64,000 nucleotides of DNA from Cyanophora paradoxa CCMP329 (GCA_004431415.1 QPMI01000434.1:186001-250000), one strand, 5' to 3'; numbered from the stretch's first letter, positions 45,002 through 58,195 are shown. Program-made: numbers and translations. Notes: generated by a model not told the origin, from the letters alone.

Positions 45002-47124
45002 TCAGCGAGGCGGCAAGAGCTTCCCGACGCACTCGCCTGCGCAGGTCCTTCAGGCGGGGGTAGCCATAGAGGAAGGAGGTTCGTGGGGGCCCGCGCACCG
45101 AACCCGATGGGGGCGAGGCCCGGGCGGGCGCAGGAGGCCCGCATGACGACCGTGTCCCCGTCCTGCAGGAACTTGCGCACCTGCCGGGAATCAAGGAGGG
45201 CATGGGACAGGAGCAGGTGGGGCGAGGGGCTCCACGGCACCTCGCCCTCGGCGAGGGTGACCTCGCGGGTACCCCCCCACGAGAGCTCCAGCATCGAGCC
45301 CAGGCTCGCGTCCGTCTGCGGGGGCCCAACCAGAATCAGAACCGAACGCAGAACAGTCTACCCCCCAAAAGGCGGCGCACGGGGCCGGAGATGGTGCCGG
45401 AGGCGCAGAGGTCGCCGGGGCGCATGTTGCAGCCGGTGCTCGTGTGGTGCGCGAGCTGCTGCGCCATCGTCCAGTACAGGTGCCTGCCGGGTACGTGTTA
45501 GCTTAGCTGGAGGTGGAGGCTCCCCGCGGTGCAGCGGAGGGGGCCAAAGGCACGTGCCTGAAGTTCGTGCGGCTCACGGTCGCAGGCGCCGCCATCCGCT
45601 CGCCCTGCGGCCGTGTTCAGAGGTCGACCTCGCTGACACGTGAGCTCTCGGCTCGGCCAAAGTTCGCAGTGTTCTGCATGGAAAGGCCTCGCCTGGATGG
45701 CGACCTCGAGGGCGATGTCGAAGGTCGTCCTCTCCGCCTCCCTGAGGTACTCCAGCACCGCCGGCTCCTGCTCGCGTCGTTCATCCGAAGTCGCGATCAG
45801 AGAGACGCGAGAGAGTGAAGCAAAGCCCCAGGGGCGCGGGTTGGCGCGGGGCCGGCGGGGGTGGCGGGCGGGCGGGCCTGCGGGGGGGCCTCGCAGCGGA
45901 ACGGTTCCAGGGCCTCCAGCGTCACTACCTGTTGTGGGGGTACCGCATCGGGCCGTGCGGGGGAGGGGGTGCAGGCACGTAGGAGCGGACCCAGGGGGAG
46001 ATGGAGGATGCGAAGTTCTTCCCGTTGAAGGGCCCTAAGGGTACATACTCCCACTTCTGCACGTCCCGAGCTGCGCGAAGGATGGGGGTACGACTCAGGT
46101 GCGGACGCGGGGAAGGGGTGTACATGGCAGGAAAAGAAGGGGGGTACGCGCCGCTCCAGTCGTTGAAGATGACGAGGCCGAAGATGTGGTCCAGGGCGCG
46201 GTCCACGGGTATGGGCTCTGCCAGGGCGTTCCCCGGGCCCACGAAGAAGCCCTGTACCCGGCAAGGGCGTCAGGCGCGGAGGGGCGGTGGCGGAGCGGGG
46301 TAGGAGCGCCATCTCTAGCTCGAAGTCCATTGTCTTCGCGGGACCGTGCGACGGCGCCGGCGCTGTATCCGCCTGCGCTGACGCGTCGGCGCTCGCAGGA
46401 CGCGAGGGGTTTGCTAATTATAACGCGCGCGCCTTGGTCTGGCCCCTTGGCCGCGGGATGTCGGTCCCCGATACGACAATCGACGATGCGCGCCCGTGGT
46501 ACCCCACCGGAAGGTGCAGCCTGCGCCGCTTCAGGCGCCGCGCAGGGAGCAGCATGTGGGCGCGAGGAGCGGACCAGTTCGGCTGGAGGGCGTTGTCCTT
46601 GCCGCGGAACATGATGCCGACGTTCGTCGCGTGCTCGCGCGACGAGTAGAAGTCCGTGTAGTCCCCGATCGCGGCCGGCAGCTGCATGGCCGCCTCGGAG
46701 AGAGGCACGAGCGCCCGGGCGCGGAGCGCCGCGTTGTCCCGCAGCGTCGGGCAGTCCGAAGAGAGCAGGCGCGTGATCGTCGCTCGCGCCTCCTTCCAAG
46801 CCGGCCGCCCGAGCGCCATGAACGCATTCAGCGTCGGCTGCCGCGCGCGGGGTGAGCCGAACAGCAGCGCGTACGCGCCGGCGGACGGGCGCCGCGGGCG
46901 GCGGACGGGCCGCGCACCTGCGCCAGACAGTGCGAGTTGGGGCGCATGAGCGGACCGTCGAAGAGGCCGGCCTCGTGCAGGACGGACAGGTCGAGCACAT
47001 GCTCGCCGATGGCCACCCCAGGCCGCGGCGCGGCGCTCGGATCCCGCCGCGGCTTGAAAACGCCGTAGGGCAGGTTGTGCAGCGGGAACGGGCTCCCCTC
47101 CGGCACCGGAACCCAGGACGCCAT
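45002..47124 (-). CDS. FAH: Fumarylacetoacetase
   Basis: [115 protein letters not shown]. Confidence 0.95.
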
Positions 47125-47210
47125 CTTCGACGACTGTACTCCCCCCGCGGAAAAAAGAGCGACTTGCCTAACTTCCAGTCGATCAATCGCCCCATAGCTA
47201 CCGCACCAAT

Positions 47211-49229
47211 ATGGATGTCGTCGCGCGCACCCAGTTAGCATCTCTTCGGTCGCAGCTCGCGGCCCTGGAGAAGGCAGTGGCCAGCACGACCGCAAAGCCG
47301 GCACGCGAGAGGTCGATCCCAGCGAACGCAAGCCCGCTGGACGTTAGCGAGCTGCAGACCCTCGCCACAAAGACAGCCCTCGGTGCGCGCGTCCTTCCCC
47401 TGGAGTCCCCCACGCACCGTGCTCGCGTATGCTCACGCGTTGTACACCATCAGACGTGGAAGACTTGGAAGATCGCGTGAACTCGCACCGCGAGGCCATC
47501 CTTCAGATCGTTGGAGCGCGCGGAGGGCCGTCCCCGGCGCAGGAGGGCATCGCTGTGCATCCTGCCCTTTCCTCCTTTCCCTTCTGCATGCAGATCGCTG
47601 ACGCGTCCGCCGGCCCGCAGCCGGAGCCGCTCCTGACTTCGCTGACGCGGCGCCTGGAGGCGCTGGAGGGCGAGGTCTCGTCGCTGCGCTTCGAGAAGGT
47701 GGGCGGCACGCTCCTCCGCACCACCGCCGCGGCTGACGCGGCCGCCTCCGAAGGCCTCGCTGGTGGACAAGGTGGGGGCCCTCGAGAAGGAGCTCGCGAA
47801 GCTCACGGACGCGAAGGGGCCGGTGCGCCCGCCCGTGACGCGACGCGGCGAATAATCCATGAGGGGACAAGGAGAGATAGGCTAGGGGGACAGCACATAA
47901 CGCCGCGCCGTGCGCTGCGCCCGTCTCTTGGACGCGGGTGGCGCCGTGCCGTCCGGATCGGCTGCCGACCTGAGCCGCAACCAGCTCCACGCGCTGGAGT
48001 ACTCGGTCAAGCGGCTCTGGGACGAGCGCGCGACGCTCGCGAAGACGGTGCGGGCGCGGCGCGGCTTCCGGTCGCGCCTCGCCGCCTCGCCGCGCGCGTT
48101 CGAGCGCCCCCGCCCCCGGCGCAGGTCGACACCATCGGGAAGGACCGCATCGGCAAGGTCGAGGAGGAGATGCGCACCGTGCGTTCCCGCCGAGCCGCCC
48201 CCGCTCTCCCCCCCCCCCCCCCTGCCCCGCTCAGATGAGATCAGATCACGGACCCGAAGGGGGCGGTGCACGTCCGCCTGGACAGCCTCGCCTCGTCCGT
48301 CAAGAACCTCTGGTGCGCCTTCTGGTGCGCCCCGCAGCTCTAACTCGGACCGCTGAGGCCGCCCCGCAGGGACGAGCGCGCGACGCTGGCCTCCCGGGTA
48401 CACCGCCACCGCTCCCTTGGGAGGAACGCCAAGCGGGCCTGACCGGCAACGCTCCAGGTGGACGAGCTGGAGGAGGCGACGCCCGGGATGGAGAGCGCGG
48501 CGGCGGCGCACCAGCACGGGCACTCGCTGACCTCCCCCAAGCCCTCCCCCAAGCTGAGCCCCAAGGTCGGGCCCCGCGTCCCCGACCTCAACATCGCCCG
48601 CGCCGCCACCGCCGCCGCCGGCGCCACGACCGACACGCACGCGCTCCTCACCAAGGCACGCGCGGCCCGCCGAGCTCAGCTCGGGCTGCGAGGGCCCTCT
48701 CCTTCTCACGCGCGCGGCGCAGCTGCACATGCTGGAGTCCTCGATCAAGTCCCTCTGGGACGACCGCGCCCGCATGTCCGCCAAGGCGAGCCCGCCCCGC
48801 CCTCCCCTCCAAACTCGTCCACTTGGCCCAGCGCGCTCTCCAAGCCACGAAGGCAACGCAAGGCGGCGAAGCTGATCGAGGCGGGCCGCAGATCACGGAG
48901 CTGGAGGAGGGCGCCAAGAAGTCGGCCGAGTCGCTCAAGGACCCCAAGGGGCCCGTCCAGGGCAAGGTCAGATCTGAGCCGACCCGATCCGATCCGATCT
49001 GATCCGATCCGGCAGATCGAGAGCCTGCAGCACTCTGTCAAGAACCTGTGGGACGAGCGCGCCGTCCTCTCCAAGAAGGTCCGTTCGAATTGCGCTAAGC
49101 TTCCGTCAAGCTCGCTAGAAGACGTAGCCGCGAAGCTGAGATTGTGTCTGCGGTCGCTGACTCCCGGCGGGGCGGCAGATTGATGCGATTGCGGGCACCG
49201 GCCCGAACGGCACGGCCGCCAAGCCCTAA
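47211..49229 (+). CDS. Uncharacterised coiled-coil protein with four LxxS[VI]KxLWD[ED]RA repeats
   Basis: Spliced exons give [54 protein letters not shown] and [18 protein letters not shown]; stop TAA 49227-49229. Confidence 0.7.
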
Positions 49230-50345
49230 AGAGGATCCGGAGGCGGCGGCGGCGGGGCAGAGCACGGGGGGCACAGGGGGGTGCGGGGCCGGCTGCGCCC
49301 GCGAGGCGCCCAGGGACCGGCGGGGGAGGCTTTCCATACGTTTCTTCAGATTCAGCCAAAGGTCGAAACACAGCGGGGCTTAGGGGCCGGGCGGGTATTT
49401 TCAGCAAACAGTCGAAAATTTCTTGTTTAGTTATGTCCGACCGCGGACGGGACGCTTCGACTTCTTTTTGCATACTTGTGTTGTGAACAGTGAAGCAATA
49501 ACCTGATGATTCAGTTACTCATCGCTGACTCAGTGAGTCATGGCGCAGTGGCATCAAGGGTGCTACGGTAGCGCTCCCCGAATCCTATCATCGCCGAGTC
49601 GGACCCGGACCCGGACATCGATGCAGGCCCCGGCCCGGCGGCCCCCGGCCGGCGCCGCGGGCCCCCGCGGTCTTCATGATCCTGAGTCAGTGATCATCAT
49701 GGCATGCGCGCATGCGGGGCCCGGGCCCCGCATGCTATGACCCAGTGATGCGCAGCCGAGCCGGGGCCAGGGCCCGGCCCCGCCGCGGCGCGGCCGCCGC
49801 GCGCGGCCATCGATATCCGCGGCCGCCGGGCGTGGCACTCAGCCTAGGCCTGGCAGTGACTCCGCGGCCGAGGGCACTCAGTGACTGCGGCAGCACGAGT
49901 CGGGACCGGACCTGAGGCTAGCGCTAGCGCTCCGAGGCTCCGAGCTCGGCGACCGTCGGACCGGGGCGTCGACATATTAAATATTCATGACACTGCCCGG
50001 CCTACGGCTACGTATGTACGTATACTGCTATAGCTCTGCGGCCGCCGGGCTAGTAGACCCGTACAGACTCTGAGATCATGAGCGGGCATGTACGCGTGCC
50101 GGGCCGAGGCACAGCCTGGCAGCGAGGCTCTGCAGCTGGGGACTGCTATGCTAAATTGTGCTTCGGAGTACTTGTTACGTATCATAGTATACAGGCCTAG
50201 GGAGAAATACACAAAGCGGCGGCGAGCCCCTAAGAAGGGGCCCTGACGGTCGGAATTAATCTAATCAAAGTCAAACATTTAATCTACGAAAAGTCAAAGA
50301 ATCTAAACACTAGAACCGCTTACGCAGGCTCGCCAAGCGCCGACG

Positions 50346-53300
50346 TTATCCGCGGGTGCACTGGAAGAGCATGCGGCTGCAGTTCGCCTGCAGAAGCTCC
50401 AGCTGGCTGTCGCCGGCGGCGTGGGGCAGCGGCTCGGGCAGGCCGTCCGCGGGGGAGGAGGGCCCAATGGGTCCCAGGCACGAGAACGGGCCGCAGGAGA
50501 TCGGTCCTCCGGCGGGCCGCTTCTGCATGACCGTCCGGGGGACGTTGTATCCCGAAGGCGGCGCCGCCCGCGGCGAGTTGGGACGCTCGGGCGTTGCGGG
50601 GTACGGGGCAGGAGCGACGTGCGTCGGTGTGAAGGGCGCGGGATGGGGTTGGTGCTCGGAGGGCCGGCGGAGCGGCGCCGGCTCGAAGACGACGCGAATG
50701 AGAATCTCAGTCTTGCTTCGCTTCCCCTGCGGCACGTGCATCCTGAATTCCTTCTGCTCGTAGGGTCAGCGAAGGGCCGGGCCGGGGCGGGGTAGCGCTG
50801 GGCCGATCCGCAAGCGGAGCCTACCGAGTGCGGCGGAGAGAGGAGCCCAACGAGGTCGAGGCCGCTCGCCGCCGTGCCCTCCACCTGCGGCCACCGGGTC
50901 GAACAGCCGTAGCGACGCGCGCCTGCGCGCGGAGGGCCGAACTAGACGCGCCGGGGCGCGCCTGCACGATCAAGCAGCATGGCCGTCCTGCGGTTTCGCG
51001 GCTGTCGAGGATGAACGTGTGCTCTGCGCGGGAGTACCGGTCAGCACCACGAGTTGCGAGCTGCACGCGACGCCGAGCTCGAGCACGACGCGCACTGTTT
51101 CGCTCTTTCGACAACACGACGGCCTGTCCAAACTCCAGCGCGAGGCACCGGATTGTGACGTCGATGGGTTTCTTGCTCCGCGTTTCCATCGCTACTGTTA
51201 GCCGCCCGTCGCCTAGCTCGCGGGGGCCGGACGCCATGGCGGCGTTGCTACGCGTTGCTGATACTCGCCGCCACTTCGCTTGCAGTCGCCGCCGAACCAG
51301 CCAGGCGGAGGCTGATGCGGCGGAGGCTGATGCGGCGGTCACGCGTAGCGGCTCCTGTTCCTGCAGCCCTCCAGGCCCTTCCTCGCGAGAGGGGGTACGC
51401 GGTCTAGCAGTACCCGGCATGTTCGCCGCATTCGCCCGGGTAGCGGCCTCCGCCGTGCGGAGCCCGCCGCTGGCAGCACGGTCGGTTTTGTCACCATTGG
51501 CGCCCGCACCTGCGGCAGCGAGCAGCCCGCTTGGTCCGCGCAGTCCTCCCCCTGTTGTTAACCGCCATCGATCATTGCCGCAGCCGGCTTCTTCCAACGA
51601 TTCGCGTCGACGAGGGCGTGGAGGTTAAAGAACTCGCTCAGGGTCCGCACGCCGGCTCGTCGCCTCCCGATGGATTTTGCGCCCGCGTGTGAGGATCCTC
51701 GCCTGATTCCCTCGCCTGATTCCTTCGCAGGCGAAGTTTCGACGAGCTCGCGCCCGCATGGAGCAGCCGCGGAAGGTTGGGCCAAAGAAAGGCTTCGTGA
51801 TGTTCCCAGACTTGCACTTCCCCGTTCCACCGAAGGCTTCGAAGAGTTAGCGCGCTAGGCATTAGACAAGAGCGATAGGGCCAGAATAGGTAGGTCGTCG
51901 GATTTTAGGTAATTTGAGCCAGGCTGAGCTTTGACCCGGCATGTCGTCTTTCTCCCCCGCACATTTGGCGGTCTCCCCAAGCCGCGACCCCTTCCTTGGC
52001 ACTATGACGCGTTGCTCCCTACGCCCCCACCCGCTCCTATAGCTAGATATTTGAGGCCTGGTCTCCCCACGCCCCGCCCCCCTCTTTCTCCGCATTTGCG
52101 CTGATGGCTTACTGCGGCGGCTCTTCTTGAGCCCTCGCCATGCCGCGGACGCGAGATCATATCAAGCATGTCTTTTACACCCGGACCACGCCATCTATGC
52201 GTGTTTGGGCTTGCGACGGCAGGCACATCTTCTCGAGCAGGGGCCCCCCGATCTCACTATTTTAGCTTCGGCTTGGGGGCAGCGAGGAAGTCGGCGGGGG
52301 TCTGCATAGCGATGTCGAAGATGCTGGGCTTCGGTTGCTGGCTTGCAGCTGGAGGGGCGCCGGCTTTCGGATTCGAATTCTGCGGCGCGCGGGCGCCGCG
52401 TCTCGCAGCTGCGGCGGGCGCGGAGCCCTGCTGCGCGTGCGGTCGAGAGCCGTTTCGAACAAGGGATAGTAACGGGCGCTTCCTGACCTGGGGCTTCTTG
52501 GGGTTTGGCTGAGGCAGGCTGGATGGGCCGGCGGGGCTCCCCTGTGGCCGCTTCCCGGTGGAAGAGGCCGGGGCGGGCCTTGGGGCCGCGGCGCCCGAGG
52601 CCGACGAAGAGGCGGCGCGGCCCCCGGGCGTCGCCTCGTCTTCTTCGCCTTCGTCGTCGTCGATACCGAATATCCTGACAAGGGCGCCCCCCGCCGCGAG
52701 CAGCCTCTTGAACTCGTGCGCGAAGCGGTTCTGCAGCCGCCGATCAGCCCTGACGCCGATCGCGGGGCGCTCGCTTGCGGGGCTCGAATATTAATCGAAG
52801 GGGCGAGAGCGCGCCCTGTACGCGTTGGCGGTGGGGACGTGGGTGAACAGGTCCACCTTTCTCTTCGCGTCAGCGTGGGCGACGTCGAGATGTAGGGGAA
52901 GGGGAGGGCGCAAGGCGGCTCGCCTCGCGCTCCACGGCTGTCTCCGCGGCCTTCCGCAGCGCCTCGGGCGTCGCCGCCGGCTCCGTCATCTCCACCAGCG
53001 TGACCTGCGCATGTATGCAGCGCGCGCGGGGGATCGCCGGACGCGCACGCGGGAGGCCATGCCATGCATGCGCGGGGCGCAGGGCTACTAGGCTAGCACC
53101 TCGTATTCGAAGAACTTGTCGAGCGCGTGCTGCCTCACCCGCGTCGGGACCTTCGATTTGGCTGCCGGGTCCGGAGGGATCACGGGGTAGGGGGCCTGCG
53201 GGACGTATGAGAGAGCACGCGGCGCGCTCGGAGGGAAGGGGTCAGCTGCGGCTGCGGCTGCTCGCCTTCGCGACAAGCCCCGTAAAGCGCCGCGGCGCTT

Positions 53301-53920
53301 TCGTCTGCAGCTCCAGTCATATTGCGAGCCAAGCGAGCCGCGGGCATCGTGTGTGGGCCCGCACCCACTGCACAGCGTCGCGCGCGGAACGGGTTACTTG
53401 CGCTGGCGCCGGCCGCGGCCGCGGTGCCGGTGCCGGCTTTTCCGCCTTCGCCTCCTCTTCCAGATCCCGAACGCAGTCCGCGCGGTCATCCAGACCTGCG
53501 CACCAAGGCTCAGCGAGCTCGAGGAGCACATGTTGGCAGCGCACCGATCACTGTCTCCCAGTACCGCGCGGTTTGCTGCGGCGCGGGTGCCACAGCGCCG
53601 CTCGAGCTGGATACTGCGCCCTCAGAGCTCGCTCCGGCGCTCGTGCACGTGCCCGGCGTTGCGCCCTCGGCCGTGCGCAGAGCGGTCCTCTGCAGCTGGA
53701 TGATACCTGCGTATTTCGCTCGCGGATCGGGTGGGCCCGGAATCGCTGGAACTGAGAGAACAGGGATCGAGCCCTCTTCTGATTCCTCTAGTTCGTACGG
53801 ATTCGCCGGGGCCGCCGATGCAGCGGGCGCTGCAGGCTGCTCGTCGTCCTCCTGCGCATGCGGATTCGCCGGCGGGTTCCGCACAATGTCATTGAGAAAA
53901 TCCAGCACGCTGCGGCTCAT
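50346..53920 (-). CDS. Hypothetical multi-exon protein, no family recognised
   Basis: Chain of minus-strand open segments bounded by GT/GC-AG introns (MSRSVLDFLNDIV..., HVLLELAEPWC..., LDKFFEYEV, AEHTFILD, KTEILIRVVFEP); boundaries uncertain. Confidence 0.45.
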
Positions 53921-54015
53921 CGGCAGGGTGAGCGCAGATGGCTGGACGGCGGAACGCGTACCCGTCGCCGAAACCGGAATCCGGATTGGTTACCGGAACC
54001 CGCCACCCAACAACC

Positions 54016-55228
54016 ATGACCCCGGTCGCCTTCGCCGTGCCACTAGCGCTTGCGCCCGGCGCTGCAACGCCGCGCTCGGGCGCGGCGCACGTGCGCCACG
54101 GTCCGCAACCGCCGGCGCGCCGGCGGTTGCGGACCTTCTACGGCGGTTGCACTCCAAACGTAGTCATGTCGGCTGTCGTCGAGGACGTCGCGGAGAAGGT
54201 GCGCGCCGGCATCTAGAAGCACTGCAGCTGCGCGGCCCGTCCACAGTGCGGGAGCGCTGCGCACATGATGCTTAAGCAGCATAGCGATACAGCTCATTAG
54301 CGCATGAATATAACCCGCGCTGCTCGCGCATGAAGCGGCACCGCGCACGCGCGCTGATCGGCGCCCTCGGGCGCGGCCAGGTCGCGCTCCTGGAGGCGGT
54401 GAGCGGGTTGAACAGGGGCCTCCTGGCGACGCCGGAGCAGCGGGCGACGGTGGAGCGCGCGGTGGCGGCGCTGGAGGCCGTGCACCGGGCCAAGTACGAC
54501 CTGGAGAGGGACGGCCTGGAGCCCATCTCGGGCAAATGGAAGCTCCTCTACACGTCCTCCCGCGAGGTCCCCAGCACGCCCGTCTCCAAGGTGCGTGCGG
54601 CCGCTGGGCTGCGCATACAAAGCTGGCTAACGCTGGCCCCGGGAAGGTCGGAGCGATCTATCAGCGCATCCAGGCGGGCAAGCGGCGCATCGAGAACATC
54701 GTGGAGGTGGAGCTGGAGGTCCCGGGGGCGGCGCTGCTGCGGCCCCGCCTCCCCGCCGGCCTCGACCTGCCCTCTCAAAAGCTCTCCCTCACAATCGGCG
54801 CCTCCTGCGCGGTCCGCCGCTCCCTTCTCTCGCCCCGCTGCTCTGGTCGTGATTTCTGAGGTGGCGAGTCAGGTGGTATCGCCGCGGCGGGTGGCGCTGA
54901 CGATACAGGACAAGACGGTGCGGGCGCGAGGCCGGGGCGTGCGGCCCCTGCGGCTCCCCTCCGCGAGCCCCTTCTCCCGCGACAATGCCGGCGACTTCTT
55001 CTTCGCCCCCCTCCGGTGCCCCGCGCCCGCCCGCCCCGCCCTCTCCTCCTCGCCAGCCCGGCGCATCTCACTCGCGAACGTCGAACGGCCGCCAGACCCA
55101 GCGGCTACTTCGACGTGACGTACCTGGACGGGGACGTGCGCGTCTCGCGGGGCTCCCGCGGCGAGGTCCGCGTCTTCACCCGCGCCGGCCCCGAGGGCCC
55201 CGGCGACCAGGACGGCCCCTTCCCATGA
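54016..55228 (+). CDS. Plastid lipid-associated protein / fibrillin (PAP_fibrillin)
   Basis: Transit peptide MTPVAFAVPLA..., intron from 54199, then LLEAVSGLNRGL, ISGKWKLLYTS, IYQRI, YFDVTYLDGDVRVSRGSRGEVRVF. Confidence 0.85.
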
Positions 55229-55387
55229 GCAGCCCCGGGCACGGCGCGGGCCCTGGAGCATGCACATGTACAGCTAATGCAATCAGACAGTTTCATACAG
55301 TATGCGATGCCATGCTGCAGCCTGCAGTGATGTACATCGCACGTGGGGGGGCGGTCCCAAATTATACGACTGTAGAACACGACTCAT

Positions 55388-56208
55388 TTATCGGGGCGGG
55401 TATGGCACGCCGGGGTAGTATTGGTACTGCGTCGCGGGGTACGTGGGGCCATACGCGTAGCTGTACAAGGGCGTGCCGACGGGTACGCCGCCGACCGAGC
55501 CTGGGGGGGCGCTGTTGACGGGGATACCGTACGGTACATGGACGTGGACGTGGGCGTGGGGAGGCTGGTGGTGGTGGTGGTGCTGTGCGGCATTGGGGTA
55601 CAACTGCGGCTGCGCTTGCGGAGGGTACGTTGTGGCGCCGTGGGGGTGGACGGGGCAGCCGGCGTACGGGACTTGGACCGGCTGCCCAACGACGGGCTCC
55701 GAGTAAGGGGCCACGTTCGGCGGAGGCGAGTCTGCCCGCTGCGCATAGATCGTCTGCGGGGCGCCCCCGCTGGAGGGTCCTGCGGCCGCCGGCGCCGGCC
55801 CGTCCTTCGGCGGCTTCACTCCGCCGAACTTCTCCGCGAGCGCCATCGCGATTAGATTGCGTCCCAGGCCGTCCGGTCCGGCGCCTTGCAAAAATGTTGG
55901 CTTTTTACACAGCGGGCATTCGATGCAGCCGCTTTTCACTGCGCAGGCGATGTCAGCCGAGCCGAAGGCGGAGGGAGAACGTTTGACGCTAGCGCACCGA
56001 GTGGTCGGATGCATGCCAGACACGCGGAATGCATGCAATGCAGGACCCTAGGGTCGCTGAACACGTCAAGGCAGATGGGGCACGTAAGCTGCGGAGCAAG
56101 TCAAGCCTGCCGTATGCATGTATGCGGCGCGGCTTCGCCGACCTCCTCAATGATCTTATCGTTCTGCTCCGCAACCCCGCCGCTGGAATCGCCCTGAGCG
56201 CTCGACAT
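55388..56208 (-). CDS. C3HC4 RING-finger protein with Pro/Tyr/His-rich tail
   Basis: Spliced: [31 protein letters not shown]...IECPLCKK...LGRNL; ATG 56208, TAA 55388. Confidence 0.85.
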
Positions 56209-56577
56209 TCCGCTGTCTCCCCACCGCAACCCCGCCCTCCTCGTGCTCCTGCGGTACTCCTCTCTGCTGCGGTATTCCACGCTGCTGCAGCTGGGCCTCG
56301 AGAGAGCTGTAACGTACGGTACCGCGCTGACGATGTAGCTGGTGCGGAGATATGTGCGAACGCCGAAAACAAGCTGCGGACGAGCAACTGACGAGCTTCA
56401 AACGAGCTGAGCTGCTGCGCGCGGTGCTTGAAGGATATTGCTTGAGCTGAGCTGCTGCACGCGGTGCAACAATGGGGCTGAAGACCAGGGTTCGGCTCCG
56501 CCAAGTCACTTACCGGCGTCGGCGGCAAGCTTGAGAAGCAGAGTGCAGCAGCGGCTTTCAGCAAAAGCGAGAGAGCG

Positions 56578-57524
56578 ATGGACCAGGACTGGGAACCCGG
56601 TTAGTTGGCGCCGATCACAACAATTCGCCGATCGGGCCATCCCCGCGGTTGATCCCATCTCACCGCTTCCTGACGTCCGCGTCGCAGTTGTCATCCGCAA
56701 GAAGCCCGCCGCTGGCGCTTCTGGATCAAAGCTCTCTGACGAGCGCGCCGTGGCCGTCGCCCGCTCGCAAGGCGCTGAGGTATGCATGATGGCGGGCTCA
56801 TGACACCTGCATGCCGTCCCTTTCGCAAGATAGAGCGCCTTTCCTCCTTAAGGAATGCGCCCCTTCTTGGGTTATCGCCATGCATCTGTTGCTGAGCGCT
56901 ATGGGCGCGCTCAATTCACACGGGGCTCGCGCAGGTTGAGACGTTGAAGAAGTTCGCTGCCGGATCGAACAAGAAGACTGCCACTCCGAACGCTTCCAAG
57001 CTCGATGCTGAGACGGAGGAGTTCGTGCAACTTTTGTGTTTACCACGTCCCTTTGTGCTTCTCGCCGTTGACATTTCGTTCCCTCGTCTTTCCCAACTGC
57101 AGGCTGCACCACGACACCGTTCCTCGCACCCTGGCGCTCGAGATCCAAAAGGGCCGCCAAGCGAAGAAGTGGACCCAGAAGCAGCTCGCGCAGGCAATGA
57201 GCGAGGTTCGTGAGCTGCTTCTAATGTCTCAGAGTCTTTCTTTCTTTATCTTTCAACACTTCCTCGGCATCGCCGCCGCCGCTGCTGCTGCTGCCGCCGC
57301 CGCCATCTAACATCCTCCTCTTCTTTCGCAGCGGGAAGATGTCGTGAAGGACTATGAGAACGGCAAAGCCATTCCGAACGTGCAGATGATCGTCAAGTTT
57401 GAGCGGTTCGAGCTTCGGATACCTGCTTTAATGGCGTGGAAACGAACCATTGAACGCGGGTCGCAGGGCTCTCGGCATCCGGCTGCCTCGGCCGCAAAAG
57501 GCGAAGGCGAAGGCCACCGAGTAG
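56578..57524 (+). CDS. MBF1: Multiprotein bridging factor 1
   Basis: MDQDWEPVVIRKK, KKFAAGSNK, SKLDAETEELHH, IQKGRQAKKWTQKQLAQ, DYENGKAIPN, ERALGIRL. Confidence 0.93.
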
Positions 57525-58195
57525 GCCCTCTTTTCGACGCTGTGTTGTAAGAAAGGTCGGTGTGTATGATATTGTGTTTCCCGCGTCTGGAAATGCCAGG
57601 CAGACGATCAAATTTAGTCTTGGGCTTGCGAGGGGGGCCCGGCGGCCGGGCTTTCGGGCCTCTTTTACCGGTAAGGAGGAAGATAGGGAAGACAGAACCT
57701 AGTTGGTTCAAGCGCTCAGCGACTGCGGGCTAGCGCGCGCTAGCGCGTATCCGTAGCCGAGCTCTGAAGTCTGTAGCTCCGGCTCTTGCTGAAACAACCG
57801 GACAACATGCAACTCGTGCGCATGCGCGACTCGAGCTCCGGGATCCTGTACATGTGTTTGTGGAGGGCTCCGCAGAGCGTTCGTACCCCCCCCCGAACAA
57901 CAAGGTTCGCCATCCCGAGATCCCGCCGTGCTTCGGTGTGCGAGTCTATAGCTTGTCTAGACCGGCCCCGAATGGACGAAAAAACGCCGCGCTGTCGCCT
58001 GGGCCCAATCCGTCTAATTCGTTAACCGCCGCGTAATCTTTTTGGGCGGTTATAGGCTCGAATGTGTAGATATCTTCCAAGAGAGCTTGTTTCATCGATC
58101 AGCGGGGCCCCGGATGGCTTTCCGATGGATCCGCCGTAATTTCCGCGGGTTTGCGCAGAGGAGCGAGGCGTCTGCCTTCTCCGTTCACGTTCGAG

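Noticed and set aside
25707-47124. Metabolic gene cluster (BCAT, ALDH3, SDR, FAH)
   Set aside because: Interrupted by unrelated genes and a transposon; different compartments and no coherent shared pathway
54015-54018. Overlapping opposite-strand start codons sharing CATG
   Set aside because: A spliced minus-strand start here is possible, but ATG 53920 explains the orphan gene more simply; untestable without transcripts
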